This document shows, piece after piece, positions 1 through 14,390 of a stretch of 64,000 nt of DNA. This DNA is from Eledone cirrhosa. Lineage: Eukaryota. The notes under the pieces are model-generated. The model was given only the letters and a program-made list of their open reading frames with translations. It did not search any database and had not been told where the DNA came from. The stretch covers positions 24,304,001-24,368,000 of the forward strand of contig OZ024744.1 of the NCBI GenBank assembly GCA_964016885.1, read 5' to 3'. The position numbers were made by a program, and so were the translations under genes. Positions within the stretch are counted from its first letter, which is position 1, and each line of letters opens with the position of its first letter.

Positions 1-779
1 TTGAATCTTAAGATAAAATCCGTTTTAACAATAGTTGAATCTTAAGAACTGATTCGTTTTAACAACAGTTCAAACTTAAGAACTGACTCGTTTTAACAAC
101 AGCTGAATCTTAAGATGAAACTCGTTTTAACAACAGTTGAATCTTAAGAACTGACTCATTTTAACAACAGTTGAATCTTAAGATAAAATTTCATTTTAAC
201 AACAGTTGAATCTTGAAATAAAACTCGTTTTAACAACAGTTGAATCTTAAGAACTGACTCGTTTTAACAACAGTTGAATCTTAAGAACTGACTCGTTTTA
301 ACAACAATTCAACCTTAAGAACTGACTCGTTTTAACAACAGTTGAATCTTAAGAACTGACTCGTTTTAACAACAGTTGAATCTTCAAATAAAACTCGTTT
401 TAACAACAGTTGAATCTTAAGAACTGACTCGTTTTAACAACAGTTGAGTCTTAAGATAAAACTCGTTTTAACAACAGTTGAATCTTAAGAACTGACTCGT
501 TTTAACAACAGCTGAATCTTAAGATAAAACTCGTTTTAACAACAGTTGAATCTTAAGAACTGACTCGTTTTAACAACAGTTCAACCTTAAGAACTGACTC
601 GTTTTAACAACTGTTGAATCTTCAAATAAAACTCGTTTTAACAACAGTTGAATCTTAAGAATTGACTCGTTTTAACAACAATTAAATCTTAAGAACTGAT
701 TCGTTTTAACAAAAGTTGAGTCTTAAGATAAAACTCGTTTTAACAACAGTTGAATCTTAAGTACTGACTCGTTTTAACA

Positions 780-1520
780 ACAGTTGAATCTTAAGATAAA
801 ATTCGTTTTAACAACAGTTGAATCTTAAGAACTGATTCGTTTTAACAACAGTTCAAACTTAAGAACAGACTCGTATTAACAACAGTTGAATCTTATTATA
901 AAACTCATTTTAACAACAGTTCAACCTTAAGAACTGACTCGTTTTAACAACAGTTGAATCTTCAAGTAAACCTCGTTTTAACAACAGTTGCATCTTAAGA
1001 ACTGGCTCGTTTAAACAACAGTTGAATCTTAAGATAAAACTCGTTTTAACAACAGTTGAATCTTAAGAACTGACTCGTTTTAACAACAGTTGAATCTTCA
1101 AATAAAACTCGTTTTAACAACAGTTGAATCTTAAGAACTGACTCGTTTTAACAACAGTTGAATCTTAAGATAAAACTCGTTTTAACAACAGTTGAATCTT
1201 AAGAACTAATTCGTTTTAACAACAGTTCAAACTTAAGAACAGACTCGTATTAACAACAGTTGAATCTTATTATAAAACTCATTTTAACAAAAGTTCAACC
1301 TTAAGAACTGACTCGTTTTAACAACAGTTGAATCTTCAAATAAACCTCGTTTTAACAACAGTTGCATCTTAAGAACTGGCTCGTTTAAACAACAGTTGAA
1401 TCTTAAGATAAAACTCGTTTTAACAACAGTTGAATCTTAAGAACTGACTCGTTTTAACAACAGTTGAATCTTCAAATAAAACTCGTTTTAACAACAGTTG
1501 AATCTTAAGAACTGACTCGT
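780..1520. repeat. Local higher-order duplication, 374-bp period (11 monomers)
   Basis: The variant string ACAGACTCGTATTAAC...CTTATTATAAAACTCA...TTGCATCTT...CTGGCTCGTTTAAAC occurs twice, with ACAGAC at 865 and 1239 (374 = 11x34). Confidence 0.85.
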
Positions 1521-2039
1521 TTTAACAGCAGTCCAACCTTAAGAACTGACTCGTTTTAACAACAGTTGAATCTTCAAATAAAACTCGTTTTAACAACAGT
1601 TGAATCTTAAGAATTGACTCGTTTTAACAACAGTTGAATCTTAAGACAAAACCCGTTTTAACAACAGTTGAATCTTAAGAACTGACTCGTTTTAACAACA
1701 GTTGAATCTTAAGATAAAACTCGTTTTAACAACAGTTGAATCTTAAGAACTGACTCGTTTTAACAACAGTTGAATCTTAAGATAAACTCGTTTTAACAAC
1801 AGTTGAATTTTAAGAACTGACTCGTTTTAACAACAGCTGCATCTTAAGATAAAACTCGTATTAACAACAGTTGAATCATAAGAACTGACTCGTTTTAACA
1901 ACGGTTGAATCTTAAGAACTGACTCGTTTTATAAACAGTTCAACCTTAAGAACTGACTCGTTTTAACAACAGTTGAATCTTAAAAACTGACTCGTTTTAA
2001 CCGCAGCTGAATCTTATAATACAACTCTTTTTAACAACA

Positions 2040-2430
2040 GTTGAATCTTCAGATAAAACTCGTTTTAACAACAGATGATTCTCAAGAACTGACTCGTTTT
2101 AACAACAGTTGAATCTTAAGATAAAACTCGTTTTAGCAACAGTTGAATCTTAAGAACTGACTCGTAATAACAACAATTGAATCTTAAGATAACATTCGTT
2201 TTAACAACAGTTGCGTCTTAAGAACTGACTCGTTTTAACGACAGTTGAATCTTAAGATAAACCTCGTTTTAACAACGGTTGAATCTTAAGAACTGACTCG
2301 TTTTATCAACAGTTCAACCTTAAGAACTGACTCATTTTAACAACAGTTAAATCTTCAAATAAAACCCGTTTTAACAACAGTTGAATGTTAAGAACTGATT
2401 CGTTTTAACAACAGCTGAATCTTAAGAACT
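2040..2430. repeat. Diverged monomer block, copied at ~7747-8135 (offset 5707)
   Basis: Shared rare markers: GATGATTCTCAAG at 2074/7781, TTTTAGCAAC at 2131/7838, TTGCGTCTTA at 2211/7918. Confidence 0.88.
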
Positions 2431-5400
2431 GACTCGTTTTAACAACAGTTGAATCTTAAGATAAAATTCGTTTTAACAACAGTTGAATCTTAAGAACTGA
2501 TTCGTTTTAACAACAGTTCAAACTTAAGAACTGATTCGTTTTAACAACAGTTGAATCTTAAGATAAAACTCGTTTTAACAACAGTTGAATCTTAAGAACT
2601 GTCTCGTTTTAACAACAGTTGAATCTTAAGAACTGACTCGTTTTAACAACAGTTGAATCTTAAGATAAAACTCGTTTTAACAACAGTTGAATCTTAAGAA
2701 CTGACTCGTTTTAACAACAGTTGAATCTTAAGATAAAACTCGTTTTAACAACAGTTGAATCTTAAGAACTGACTCGTTTTAACAACAGTTGAATATTAAG
2801 AACTGATTCGTTTTAACAGCAGTTGAATCTTAATATAAAACTCGTTTTAACAACAGTTGAATCTTAAGATAAAACGTGTTTTAACAACAGTTGAATCTTA
2901 AGAACTGACTCGTTTTAATAACAGTTGAATCTTAAGATAGAACTCGTTTTAACAATAGTTGAATCTTAAGAACTGACTCGTTTTAACAACAGCTGAATTT
3001 TAAGATAAAACTCGTTTTAACAACAGTTGAATCTTAAGAACTGACTCGTTTTATCAACAGTTCAACCTTAAGAACTGACTCATTTTAACAACAGTTGAAA
3101 CTTCAAATAAAACTCGTTTTAACAACAGTTGAATGTTAAGAACTGAATCGTTTTAACAACAGCTGAATCTTAAGATAAACTCGTTTTAACAACAGTTAAA
3201 TCTTAAGATAAATCTCGTTTTAACAACAGTTTAATCTTAAGAACTGAATCGTTTTAACAACAGTTGAATCTTAAGATAAAATTCGTTTTAACAATAGTTG
3301 AATCTTAAGAACTGATTCGTTTTAACAACAGTTCAAACTTAAGAACTGACTCGTTTTAACAACAGCTGAATCTTAAGATGAAACTCGTTTTAACAACAGT
3401 TGAATCTTAAGAACTGACTCATTTTAACAACAGTTGAATCTTAAGATAAAACATCATTTTAACAACAGTTGAATCTTAAAATAAAACTCGTTTTAACAAC
3501 AGTTGAACCTTAAGAACTGACTCGTTTTAACAACAGTTGAATCTTAAGAACTGACTCGTTTTAACAATTCAACCTTAAGAACTGACTCGTTTTAACAACA
3601 GTTGAATCTTAAGAACTGACTCGTTTTAACAACAGTTGAATCTTAAGAACTGACTCGTTTTAACAACAGTTCAACCTTAAGAACTGACTCGTTTTAACAA
3701 CTGTTGAATCTTAAGAATTGACTCGTTTTAACAACAATTAAATCTTAAGACAAAACCCGTTTTAACAACAGTTGAATCTTAAGAACTGACTCGTTATAAC
3801 AACAGTTGAATCTAAAGATAAAATTCGTTTTAACAACAGTTGAATCTTAAGAACTGATTCGTTTTAACAACAGTTCAAACTTAAGAACAGACTCGTATTA
3901 ACAACAGTTGGATCTTATTATAAAACTCATTTTAACAACAGTTCAACCTTAAGAACTGACTCGTTTTAACAACAGTTGAATCTTCAAATAAACCTCGTTT
4001 TAACAACAGTTGCATCTTAAGAACTGGCTCGTTTAAACAACAGTTGAATCTTAAGATAAAACTCGTTTTAACAACAGTTGAATCTTAAGAACTGACTCGT
4101 TTTAACAACAGTTGAATCTTAAGATAAAATTCGTTTTAACAACAGTTGAATCTTAAGAACTAATTCGTTTTAACAACAGTTCAAACTTAAGAACAGACTC
4201 GTATTAACAACAGTTGAATCTTATTATAAAACTCATTTTAACAACAGTTCAACCTTAAGAACTGACTCGTTTTAACAACAGTTGAATCTTCAAATAAACC
4301 TCGTTTTAACAACAGTTGCATCTTAAGAACTGGCTCATTTAAACAACAGTTGAATCTTAAGATAAAACACGTTTTAACAACAGTTGAATCTTAAGAACTG
4401 ACTCGTTTTAACAACAGTTGAATCTTCAAATAAAACTCGTTTTAACAACAGTTGAATCTTAAGAACTGACTCGTTTTAACAACAGTTCAACCTTAAGAAC
4501 TGACTCGTTTTAACAACAGTTGAATCTTCAAATAAAACTCGTTTTAACAACAGTTGAATCTTAAGAATTGACTCGTTTTAACAACAGTTGAATCTTAAGA
4601 CAAAACCCGTTTTAACAACAGTTGAATCTTAAGAACTGACTCGTTTTAACAACAGTTGAATCTTAAGATAAAACTCGTTTTAACAACAGTTGAATCTTAA
4701 GAACTGACTCGTTTTAACAACAGTTGAATCTTAAGATAAACTCGTTTTAACAACAGTTGAATCTTAAGAACTGACTCGTTTTAACAACAGCTGAATCTTA
4801 AGATAAAACTCGTATTAACAACAGTTGAATCTTAAGAACTGACTCGTTTTATCAAGAGTTCAACCTTAAGAACTGACTCGTTTTAACAACAGTTGAATCT
4901 TCAAATAAAACTCGTTTTAACAACAGTTGAATCTTAAGAACTGACTCGTTTTAACAACAGTTGAATCTTAAGATAAAACTCGTTTTAACAACAGCTGAAT
5001 CTTAAGATTAAACTCATTTTAACAACAGTTGAATCTCAAGACAAAACCCCTTTTAACAACAGTTGAATCTTAAGAACTGACTCGTTTTAACAACAGTTGA
5101 ATCTTAAGATAAAACTCGTTTTAACAACAGTTGAATCTTAAGAACTGACTCGTTTTAACAACAGTTGAATCTTAAGATAAAACTCGTTTTAACAACAGTT
5201 GAATCTTAAGAAGTGACTCGTTTTAACAACAGTTGAATCTTAAGAACTGACTCGTTTTATAAACATTTCAACCTTAAGAACTGACTCGTTTTAACAACAA
5301 CTGAATCTTAAGATTAAACTCGTTTTAACAACAGTTGAATCTTAAGAACTGTCTCGTTTTAACAACAGTTGAATCTTAAGATAAACCTCGTTTTAACAAC

Positions 5401-8400
5401 AGTTTAATCTTAACAACTGACTCGTTTTAACAACAGTTGAATCTTAAGATAAAATTCGTTTTAACAACAGTTGAATCATAAGAACTGATTCGTTTTAACA
5501 ACAGTTCAAACTTAAGGACTGACTCGTTTTAACAACAGTTGAATCTTATGATAAAACTCATTTTAACAACAGTTGAATCTTAAGAACTGATTCGTTTTAA
5601 CAACAGATGAATCTTAAGATAAACCTCGTTTTAACAAAAGTTGAATCTTAAGAACTGGCTCGTTTTAACAACAGTTGAATCTTAAGAACTGTCTCGTTTT
5701 AACAACAGTTGAATCTTAAGAACTGACTCGTTTTAACAACAGTTGAATCTTAAGATAAAACTCGTTTTAACAACAGTTGAATCTTAAGAACTAACTCGTT
5801 TTAACAACAGTTGAATCTTAAGATAAAACTCGTTTTAACAACAGTTGAATCTTAAGAACTGACTCGTTTTAACAACAGTTGAATCTTAAGAACTGACTCG
5901 TTTTATAAACAGTTCAACCTTAAGAACTGACTCGTTTTACCAACAGATGAATCTTCAAATAAAACTCGTTTTAACAACAGTTGAATATTAAGAACTGACT
6001 CGTTTTAACAGCAGTTGAACCTTAATATAAAACTCATTTTAACAACAGTTGAATCTTAAGAACTGATTCGTTTTAACAACAGATGAATATTAAGATAAAC
6101 CTCGTTTTAACAACAGTTGCATCTTAAGAACTGGCTCGTTTAACAACAGTTGAATCTTATGATAAAACCCATTTTAACAACAGTTGAATCTTAAGAACTG
6201 ACTCGTTTTAACAACAGTTGAATCTTAAGATAAAACTCGTTTTAACAACAGTTGAATCTTAAGAACTGACTCGTTTTAACAACAGTTGAATCTTAAGAAC
6301 TTACTCGTTTTATAAACAGTTCAACCTTAAGAACTGACTCGTTTTAACAACAGTTGAATCTTCAAATAAAACTCGTTTTAACAACAGTTGAATATTAAGA
6401 ACTGACTCGTTTTAACAGCAGTTGAATCTTAATATAAAACTCGTTTTAACAACAGTTGAATCTTAAGAACTGACTCGTTTTAATAACAGTTGAATCTTAA
6501 GATAAAACTCGTTTTAACAACAGTTGAATCTTAAAAACTGACTCGTTTTAACAAGAGCTGAATTTTAAGATAAAACTCGTTTTAACAACAGTTGAATCTT
6601 AAGAACTGACTCGTTTTATCAACAGTTCAACCTTAAGAACTGACTCGTTTTAACAACAGTTGAATCTTCAAATAAAACTCGTTTTAACAACAGTTGAATC
6701 TTAAGAACTGACTCGTTTTAACAACAGTTGAATCTTAAGATAAAACTCGTTTTAACAACAGCTGAATCTTAAGATTAAACTCATTTTAACAACAGTTGAA
6801 TCTCAAGACAAAACCCGTTTTAACAACAGTTGAATCTTAAGAACTGACTCGTTTTAACAACAGTTGAATCTTAAGAACTGACTCGTTTTAACAACAACTG
6901 AATCTTAAGATAAAACTCGTTTTAACAACAGTTGAATCTTAAGAACTGACTCGTTTTAATAACAGTTGAATCTTAAGATAAAACTCGTTTTAACAACAGT
7001 TGAATCTTAAAAACTGACTCGTTTTAACAACAGCTGAATTTTAAGATAAAACTCGTTTTAACAACAGTTGAATCTTAAGAACTGTCTCGTTTTAACAACA
7101 GTTGAATCTTAAGATAAACCTCGTTTTAACAACAGTTGAATCTTAACAACTGACTCGTTTTAACAACAGTTGAATCTTAAGATAAAACTCGTTTTAACAA
7201 CAGTTGAATCTTAAGAACTGACTCGTTTTAACAACAGTTGAATCTTAAGATAAAACTCGTTTTAACAACAGTTGAATCTTAAGAACTGACTCGTTTTAAC
7301 AACAGTTGAATCTTAAGAACTGACTCGTTTTATAAACAGTTCAACCTTAAGAACTGACTCGTTTTAACAACAGTTGAATCTTCAAATAAAACTCGTTTTA
7401 ACAACAGTTGAATATTAAGAACTGACTCGTTTTAACAACAGTTGAATCTTAAGATAAAACTCGTTTTAACAACAGTTGAATCTTAAGAACTGACTCGTTT
7501 TAACAACAGCTGAATTTTAAGATAAAACTCGTTTTAACAACAGTTGAATCTTAAGAACTGTCTCGTTTTAACAACAGTTGAATCTTAAGATAAACCTCGT
7601 TTTAACAACAGTTTAATCTTAACAACTGACTCGTTTTAACAACAGTTGAATCTTAAGATAAAATTCGTTTTAACAACAGTTGAATCTTAAGAACTGATTC
7701 GTTTTAACAACAGTTCAAACTTAAGAACTGACTCGTTTTAACAACAGTTGAATCTTCAGATAAAACTCGTTTTAACAACAGATGATTCTCAAGAACTGAC
7801 TCGTTTTAACAACAGTTGAATCTTAAGATAAAACTCGTTTTAGCAACAGTTGAATCTTAAGAACTGACTCGTAATAACAACAATTGAATCTTAAGATAAC
7901 ATTCGTTTTAACAACAGTTGCGTCTTAAGAACTGACTCGTTTTAACGACAGTTGAATCTTAAGATAAACCTCGTTTTAACAACGGTTGAATCTTAAGAAC
8001 TGACTCGTTTTATCAACAGTTCAACCTTAAGAACTGACTCATTTTAACAACAGTTGAACCTTCAAATAAAACCCGTTTTAACAACAGTTGAATGTTAAGA
8101 ACTGATTCGTTTTAACAACAGCTGAATCTTAAGATAAACTCGTTTTAACAACAGTTGAATCTTAAGATAAACCTCGTTTTAACAACAGTTTAATCTTAAG
8201 AACTGACTCGTTTTAACAACAGTTGAATCTTAAGATAAAATTCGTTTTAACAACAGTTGAATCTTAAGAACTGATTCGTTTTAACAACAGTTCAAACTTA
8301 AGAACTGACTCGTTTTAACAACAGTTGAATCTTAAGATAAAACTCGTTTTAACAACAGTTGAATCTTAAGAACTGATTCGTATTAACAACAGTTGAATAT

Positions 8401-11259
8401 TAAGATAAAACTCGTTTTAACAACAGTTAAATCTTAAGAACTGACTCGTTTTAACAACAGTTGAATCTTAAGATAAAACTCGTTTTAACAACAGTTGAAT
8501 CTTAAGAACTGTCTCGTTTTAACAACAGTTGAATCTTAAGAACTGACTCGTTTTAACAACAGTTGAATCTTAAGATAAAACTCGTTTTAACAACAGTTGA
8601 ATCTTAAGAACTGACTCGTTTTAACAACAGATGAATCTTAAGATAAAACTCGTTTTAACAACAGTTGAATCTTAAGAACTGACTCGTTTTAACAACAGTT
8701 GAATCTTAAGAACTGATTCGTTTTAACAGCAGTTGAATCTTAATATAAAACTCGTTTTAACAACAGTTGAATCTTAAGATAAAACGTGTTTTAACAACAG
8801 TTGAATCTTAAGAACTGACTCGTTTTAATAACAGTTGAATCTTAAGATAGAACTCGTTTTAACAACAGTTGAATCTTATGAACTGACTCATTTTAACAAC
8901 AGTTGAATCTTAAAATAAAACTCGTTTTAACGACAGTTGAATCTTAAGAACTGACTCGTTTTAACAACAGTTGAATCTTAAGAACTGACTCGTTTTAACA
9001 ACAGTTGAATCTTAAGAGAAAACTCGTTTTAATAACAGTTGAATCTTAAGAACTGACTCGTTTTAACAACAGCTGAATCTTAAGATAAAACTCGTTTTCA
9101 CAACAGTTGAATCTTAAGAACTGACTCGTTTTAACAACAGTTCAACCTTAAGAACTGACTCGTTTTAACAACTGTTGAATCTTCAAATAAAACTCGTTTT
9201 AACAACAGTTGAATCTTAAGATAAACCTCGTTTTAACAACAGTTTAATCTTAAGAACTGACTCGTTTTAACAACAGTTGAATCTTAAGATAAAATTCGTT
9301 TTAACAACAGTTGAATCTTAAGAACTGATTCGTTTTAACAACAGTTCAAACTTAAGAACTGACTCGTTTTAACAACAGTTGAATCTTAAGATAAAACTCG
9401 TTTTAACAACAGTTGAATCTTAAGAACTGATTCGTATTAACAACAGTTGAATATTAAGATAAAACTCGTTTTAACAACAGTTAAATCTTAAGAACTGACT
9501 CGTTTTAACAACAGTTGAATCTTAAGATAAAACTCGTTTTAACAACAGTTGAATCTTAAGAACTGTCTCGTTTTAACAACAGTTGAATCTTAAGAACTGA
9601 CTCGTTTTAACAACAGTTGAATCTTAAGATAAAACTCGTTTTAACAACAGTTGAATCTTAAGAACTGACTCGTTTTAACAACAGATGAATCTTAAGATAA
9701 AACTCGTTTTAACAACAGTTGAATCTTAAGAACTGACTCGTTTTAACAACAGTTGAATCTTAAGAACTGACTCGTTTTATAAACAGTTCAACCTTAAGAA
9801 CTGACTCGTTTTAACAACAGTTGAATATTAAGAACTGATTCGTTTTAACAGCAGTTGAATCTTAATATAAAACTCGTTTTAACAACAGCTGAATTTTAAG
9901 ATAAAACTCGTTTTAACAACAGTTGAATCTTAAGAACTGACTCGTTTTATCAACAGTTCAACCTTAAGACCTGACTCATTTTAACAACAGTTGAAACTTC
10001 AAATAAAACTCGTTTTAACAACAGTTGAATGTTAAGAACTGAATCGTTTTAACAACAGCTGAATCTTAAGATAAACTCGTTTTAACAACAGTTGAATCTT
10101 AAGATAAATCTCGTTTTAACAACAGTTTAATCTTAAGAACTGAATCGTTTTAACAACAGTTGAATCTTAAGATAAAATTCGTTTTAACAATAGTTGAATC
10201 TTAAGAACTGATTCGTTTTAACAACAGTTCAAACTTAAGAACTGACTCGTTTTAACAACAGCTGAATCTTAAGATGAAACTCGTTTTAACAACAGTTGAA
10301 TCTTAAGAACTGACTCATTTTAACAACAGTTGAATCTTAAGATAAAACATCATTTTAACAACAGTTGAATCTTAAAATAAAACTCGTTTTAACAACAGTT
10401 GAATCTTAAGAACTGACTCGTTTTAACAACAGTTGAATCTTAAGAACTGACTCGTTTTAACAACAATTCAACCTTAAGAACTGACTCGTTTTAACAACAG
10501 TTGAATCTTAAGAACTGACTCGTTTTAACAACAGTTGAATCTTCAAATAAAACTCGTTTTAACAACAGTTGAATCTTAAGAACTGACTCGTTTTAACAAC
10601 AGATGAATCTTAAGATAAAACTCGTTTTAACAACAGTTGAATCTTAAGAACTGACTCGTTTTAACAACAGCTGAATCTTAAGATAAAACTCGTTTTCACA
10701 ACAGTTGAATCTTAAGAACTGACTCGTTTTAACAACAGTTCAACCTTAAGAACTGACGCGTTTTAACAACTGTTGAATCTTCAAATAAAACTCGTTTTAA
10801 CAACAGTTGAATCTTAAGAATTGACTCGTTTTAACAACAATTAAATCTTAAGACAAAACCCGTTTTAACAACAGTTGAATCTTAAGAACTGACTCGTTTT
10901 AACAACAGTTGAATCTAAAGATAAAATTCGTTTTAACAACAGTTGAATCTTAAGAACTGATTCGTTTTAACAACAGTTCAAACTTAAGAACAGACTCGTA
11001 TTAACAACAGTTGGATCTTATTATAAAACTCATTTTAACAACAGTTCAACCTTAAGAACTGACTCGTTTTAACACCAGTTGAATCTTCAAATAAACCTCG
11101 TTTTAACAACAGTTGCATCTTAAGAACTTGCTCGTTTAAACAACAGATGAATCTTAAGATAAAACCCGTTTTAACAACAGTTGAATCTTAAGAACTGACT
11201 CGTTTTAACAACAGTTGAATCTTAAGAACTGACTCGTTTTAACAACAGTTGAATCTTAA

Positions 11260-14200
11260 GATAAAATTCGTTTTATCAACAGTTGAATCTTAAGAACTAA
11301 TTCGTTTTAACAACAGTTCAAACTTAAGAACAGACTCGTATTAACAACAGTTGAATCTTATTATAAAACTCATTTTAACAACAGTTCAACCTTAAGAACT
11401 GACTCGTTTTAACAACAGTTGAATCTTCAAATAAACCTCGTTTTAACAACAGTTGAATCTTAAGAACTGATTCGTTTTAACAACAGTTGAATCTTAAGAT
11501 AAAACACGTTTTAACAACAGTTGAATCTTAAGAACTGACTCGTTTTAACAACAGTTGAATCTTCAAATAAAACTCGTTTTAACAACAGTTGAATCTTAAG
11601 AACTGACTCGTTTTAACAACAGTTCAACCTTAAGAACTGACTCGTTTTAACAACAGTTGAATCTTCAAATAAAACTCGTTTTAACAACAGTTGAATCTTA
11701 AGAATTGACTCGTTTTAACAACAGTTGAATCTTAAGACAAAACCCGTTTTAACAACAGTTGAATCTTAAGAACTGACTCGTTTTAACAACAGTTGAATCT
11801 TAAGATAAAACTCGTTTTAACAACAGTTGAATCTTAAGAACTGACTCGTTTTAACAACAGTTGAATCTTAAGATAAACTCGTGTTAACAACAGTTGAATC
11901 TTAAGAACTGACTCGTTTTAACAACAGCTGAATCTTAAGATAAAACTCGTATTGACAACAGTTGAATCTTAAGAACTGACTCGTTTTATCAACAGTTCAA
12001 CCTTAAGAACTGACTCGTTTTAACAACAGTTGAATCTTCAAATAAAACTCGTTTTAACAACAGTTGAATCTTAAGAACTGACTCGTTTTAACAACAGTTG
12101 AATCTTAAGATAAAACTCGTTTTAACAACAGCTGAATCTTAAGATTAAACTCATTTTAACAACAGTTGAATCTCAAGACAAAACCCGTTTTAACAACAGT
12201 TGAATCTTAAGAACTGACTCGTTTTAACAACAGTTGAATCTTAAGAACTGACTCGTTTTAACAACAACTGAATCTTAAGATTAAACTCGTTTTAACAACA
12301 GTTGAATCTTAAGAACTGTCTCGTTTTAACAACAGTTGAATCTTAAGATAAACCTCGTTTTAACAACAGTTTAATCTTAACAACTGACTCGTTTTAACAA
12401 CAGTTGAATCTTAAGATAAAATTCGTTTTAACAACAGTTGAATCTTAAGAACTGATTCGTTTTAACAACAGTTCAAACTTAAGGACTGACTCGTTTTAAC
12501 AACAGTTGAATCTTATGATAAAACTCATTTTAACAACAGTTGAATCTTAAGAACTGATTCGTTTTAACAACAGATGAATCTTAAGATAAACCTCGTTTTA
12601 ACAAAAGTTGAATCTTAAGAACTGGCTCGTTTTAACAACAGTTGAATCTTAAGAACTGACTCGTTTTAACAACAGTTGAATCTTAAGATAAAACTCGTTT
12701 TAACAACAGTTGAATCTTAAGAACTGACTCGTTTTAACAACAGTTGAATCTTAAGAACAGACTCGTTTTATAAACAGTTCAACCTTAAGAACTGACTCGT
12801 TTTAACAACAGTTGAATCTTCAAATAAAACCCGTTTTAACAACAGTTGAATATTAAGAACTGACTCGTTTTAACAGCAGTTGAACCTTAATATAAAACTC
12901 ATTTTAACAACAGTTGAATCTTAAGAACTGATTCGTTTTAACAACAGATGAATCTTAAGATAAACCTCGTTTTAACAACAGTTGCATCTTAAGAACTGGC
13001 TCGTTTAACAACAGTTGAATCTTATGATAAAACCCATTTTAACAACAGTTGAATCTTAAGAACTGACTCGTTTTAACAACAGTTGAATCTTAAGATAAAA
13101 CTCGTTTTAACAACAGTTGAATCTTAAGAACTGACTCGTTTTAACAACAGTTGAATCTTAAGAACTGACTCGTTTTATAAACAGTTCAACCTTAAGAACT
13201 GACTCGTTTTAACAACAGTTGAATCTTCAAATAAAACTCGTTTTAACAACAGTTGAATATTAAGAACTGACTCGTTTTAACAGCAGTTGAATCTTAATAT
13301 AAAACTCGTTTTAACAACAGTTGAATCTTAAGAACTGACTCGTTTTAATAACAGTTGAATCTTAAGATAAAACTCGTTTTAACAACAGTTGAATCTTAAG
13401 AACTGACTCGTTTTATCAACAGTTCAACCTTAAGAACTGACTCGTTTTAACAACAGTTGAATCTTCAAATAAAACTCGTTTTAACAACAGTTGAATCTTA
13501 AGAACTGACTCGTTTTAACAACAGTTGAATCTTAAGATAAAACTCGTTTTAACAACAGCTGAATCTTAAGATTAAACTCATTTTAACAACAGTTGAATCT
13601 CAAGACAAAGCCCGTTTTAACAACAGTTGAATCTTAAGAACTGACTCGTTTTAACAACAGTTGAATCTTAAGAACTGACTCGTTTTAACAACAACTGAAT
13701 CTTAAGATTAAACTCGTTTTAACAACAGTTGAATCTTAAGAACTGTCTCGTTTTAACAACAGTTGAATCTTAAGACAAAACCCGTTTTAACAACAGTTGA
13801 ATCTTAAGAACTGACTCGTTTTAACAACAGTTGAATCTTCAAATAAAACTCGTTTTAACAACAGTTGAATCTTAAGAACTGACTCGTTTTAACAACAGTT
13901 CAACCTTAAGAACTGACTCGTTTTAACAACAGTTGAATCTTCAAATAAACCTCGTGTTAACAACAGTTGCATCTTAAGAACTGGCTCATTTAAACAACAG
14001 TTGAATCTTAAGATAAAACACGTTTTAACAACAGTTGAATCTTAAGAACTGACTCGTTTTAACAACAGTTGAATCTTCAAATAAAACTCGTTTTAACAAC
14101 AGTTGAATCTTAAGAACTGACTCGTTTTAACAACAGTTCAACCTTAAGAACTGACTCGTTTTAACAACAGTTGAATCTTCAAATAAAACTCGTTTTAACA

Positions 14201-14390
14201 ACAGTTGAATCTTAAGAATTGACTCGTTTTAACAACAGTTGAATCTTAAGACAAAACCCGTTTTAACAACAGTTGAATCTTAAGAACTGACTCGTTTTAA
14301 CAACAGTTGAATCTTAAGATAAAACTCGTTTTAACAACAGTTGAATCTTAAGAACTGACTCGTTTTAACAACAGTTGAATCTTAAGATAA
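11260..14390. repeat. Block with a dispersed copy at ~26820-30090 (offset 15563 rising to 15699)
   Basis: TTATTATAAA at 11358/26921 (15563). CAAAGCCCG (G at 13610/29309) and CTCGTGTTAACAACAGTTGC at 13951/29650 (both 15699 = 15563 + 4x34). Confidence 0.8.

Noticed and set aside
152-158. AP-1/GCN4-like TGACTCA in CG>CA variants of A monomers
   Set aside because: A by-product of a single transition in the consensus TGACTCG, with no gene context.
1-170. 5 x 34 = 170 bp, close to nucleosome or alpha-satellite length
   Set aside because: No 5-monomer periodicity is visible in the variants, and there is no recognisable alpha-satellite similarity or CENP-B box.
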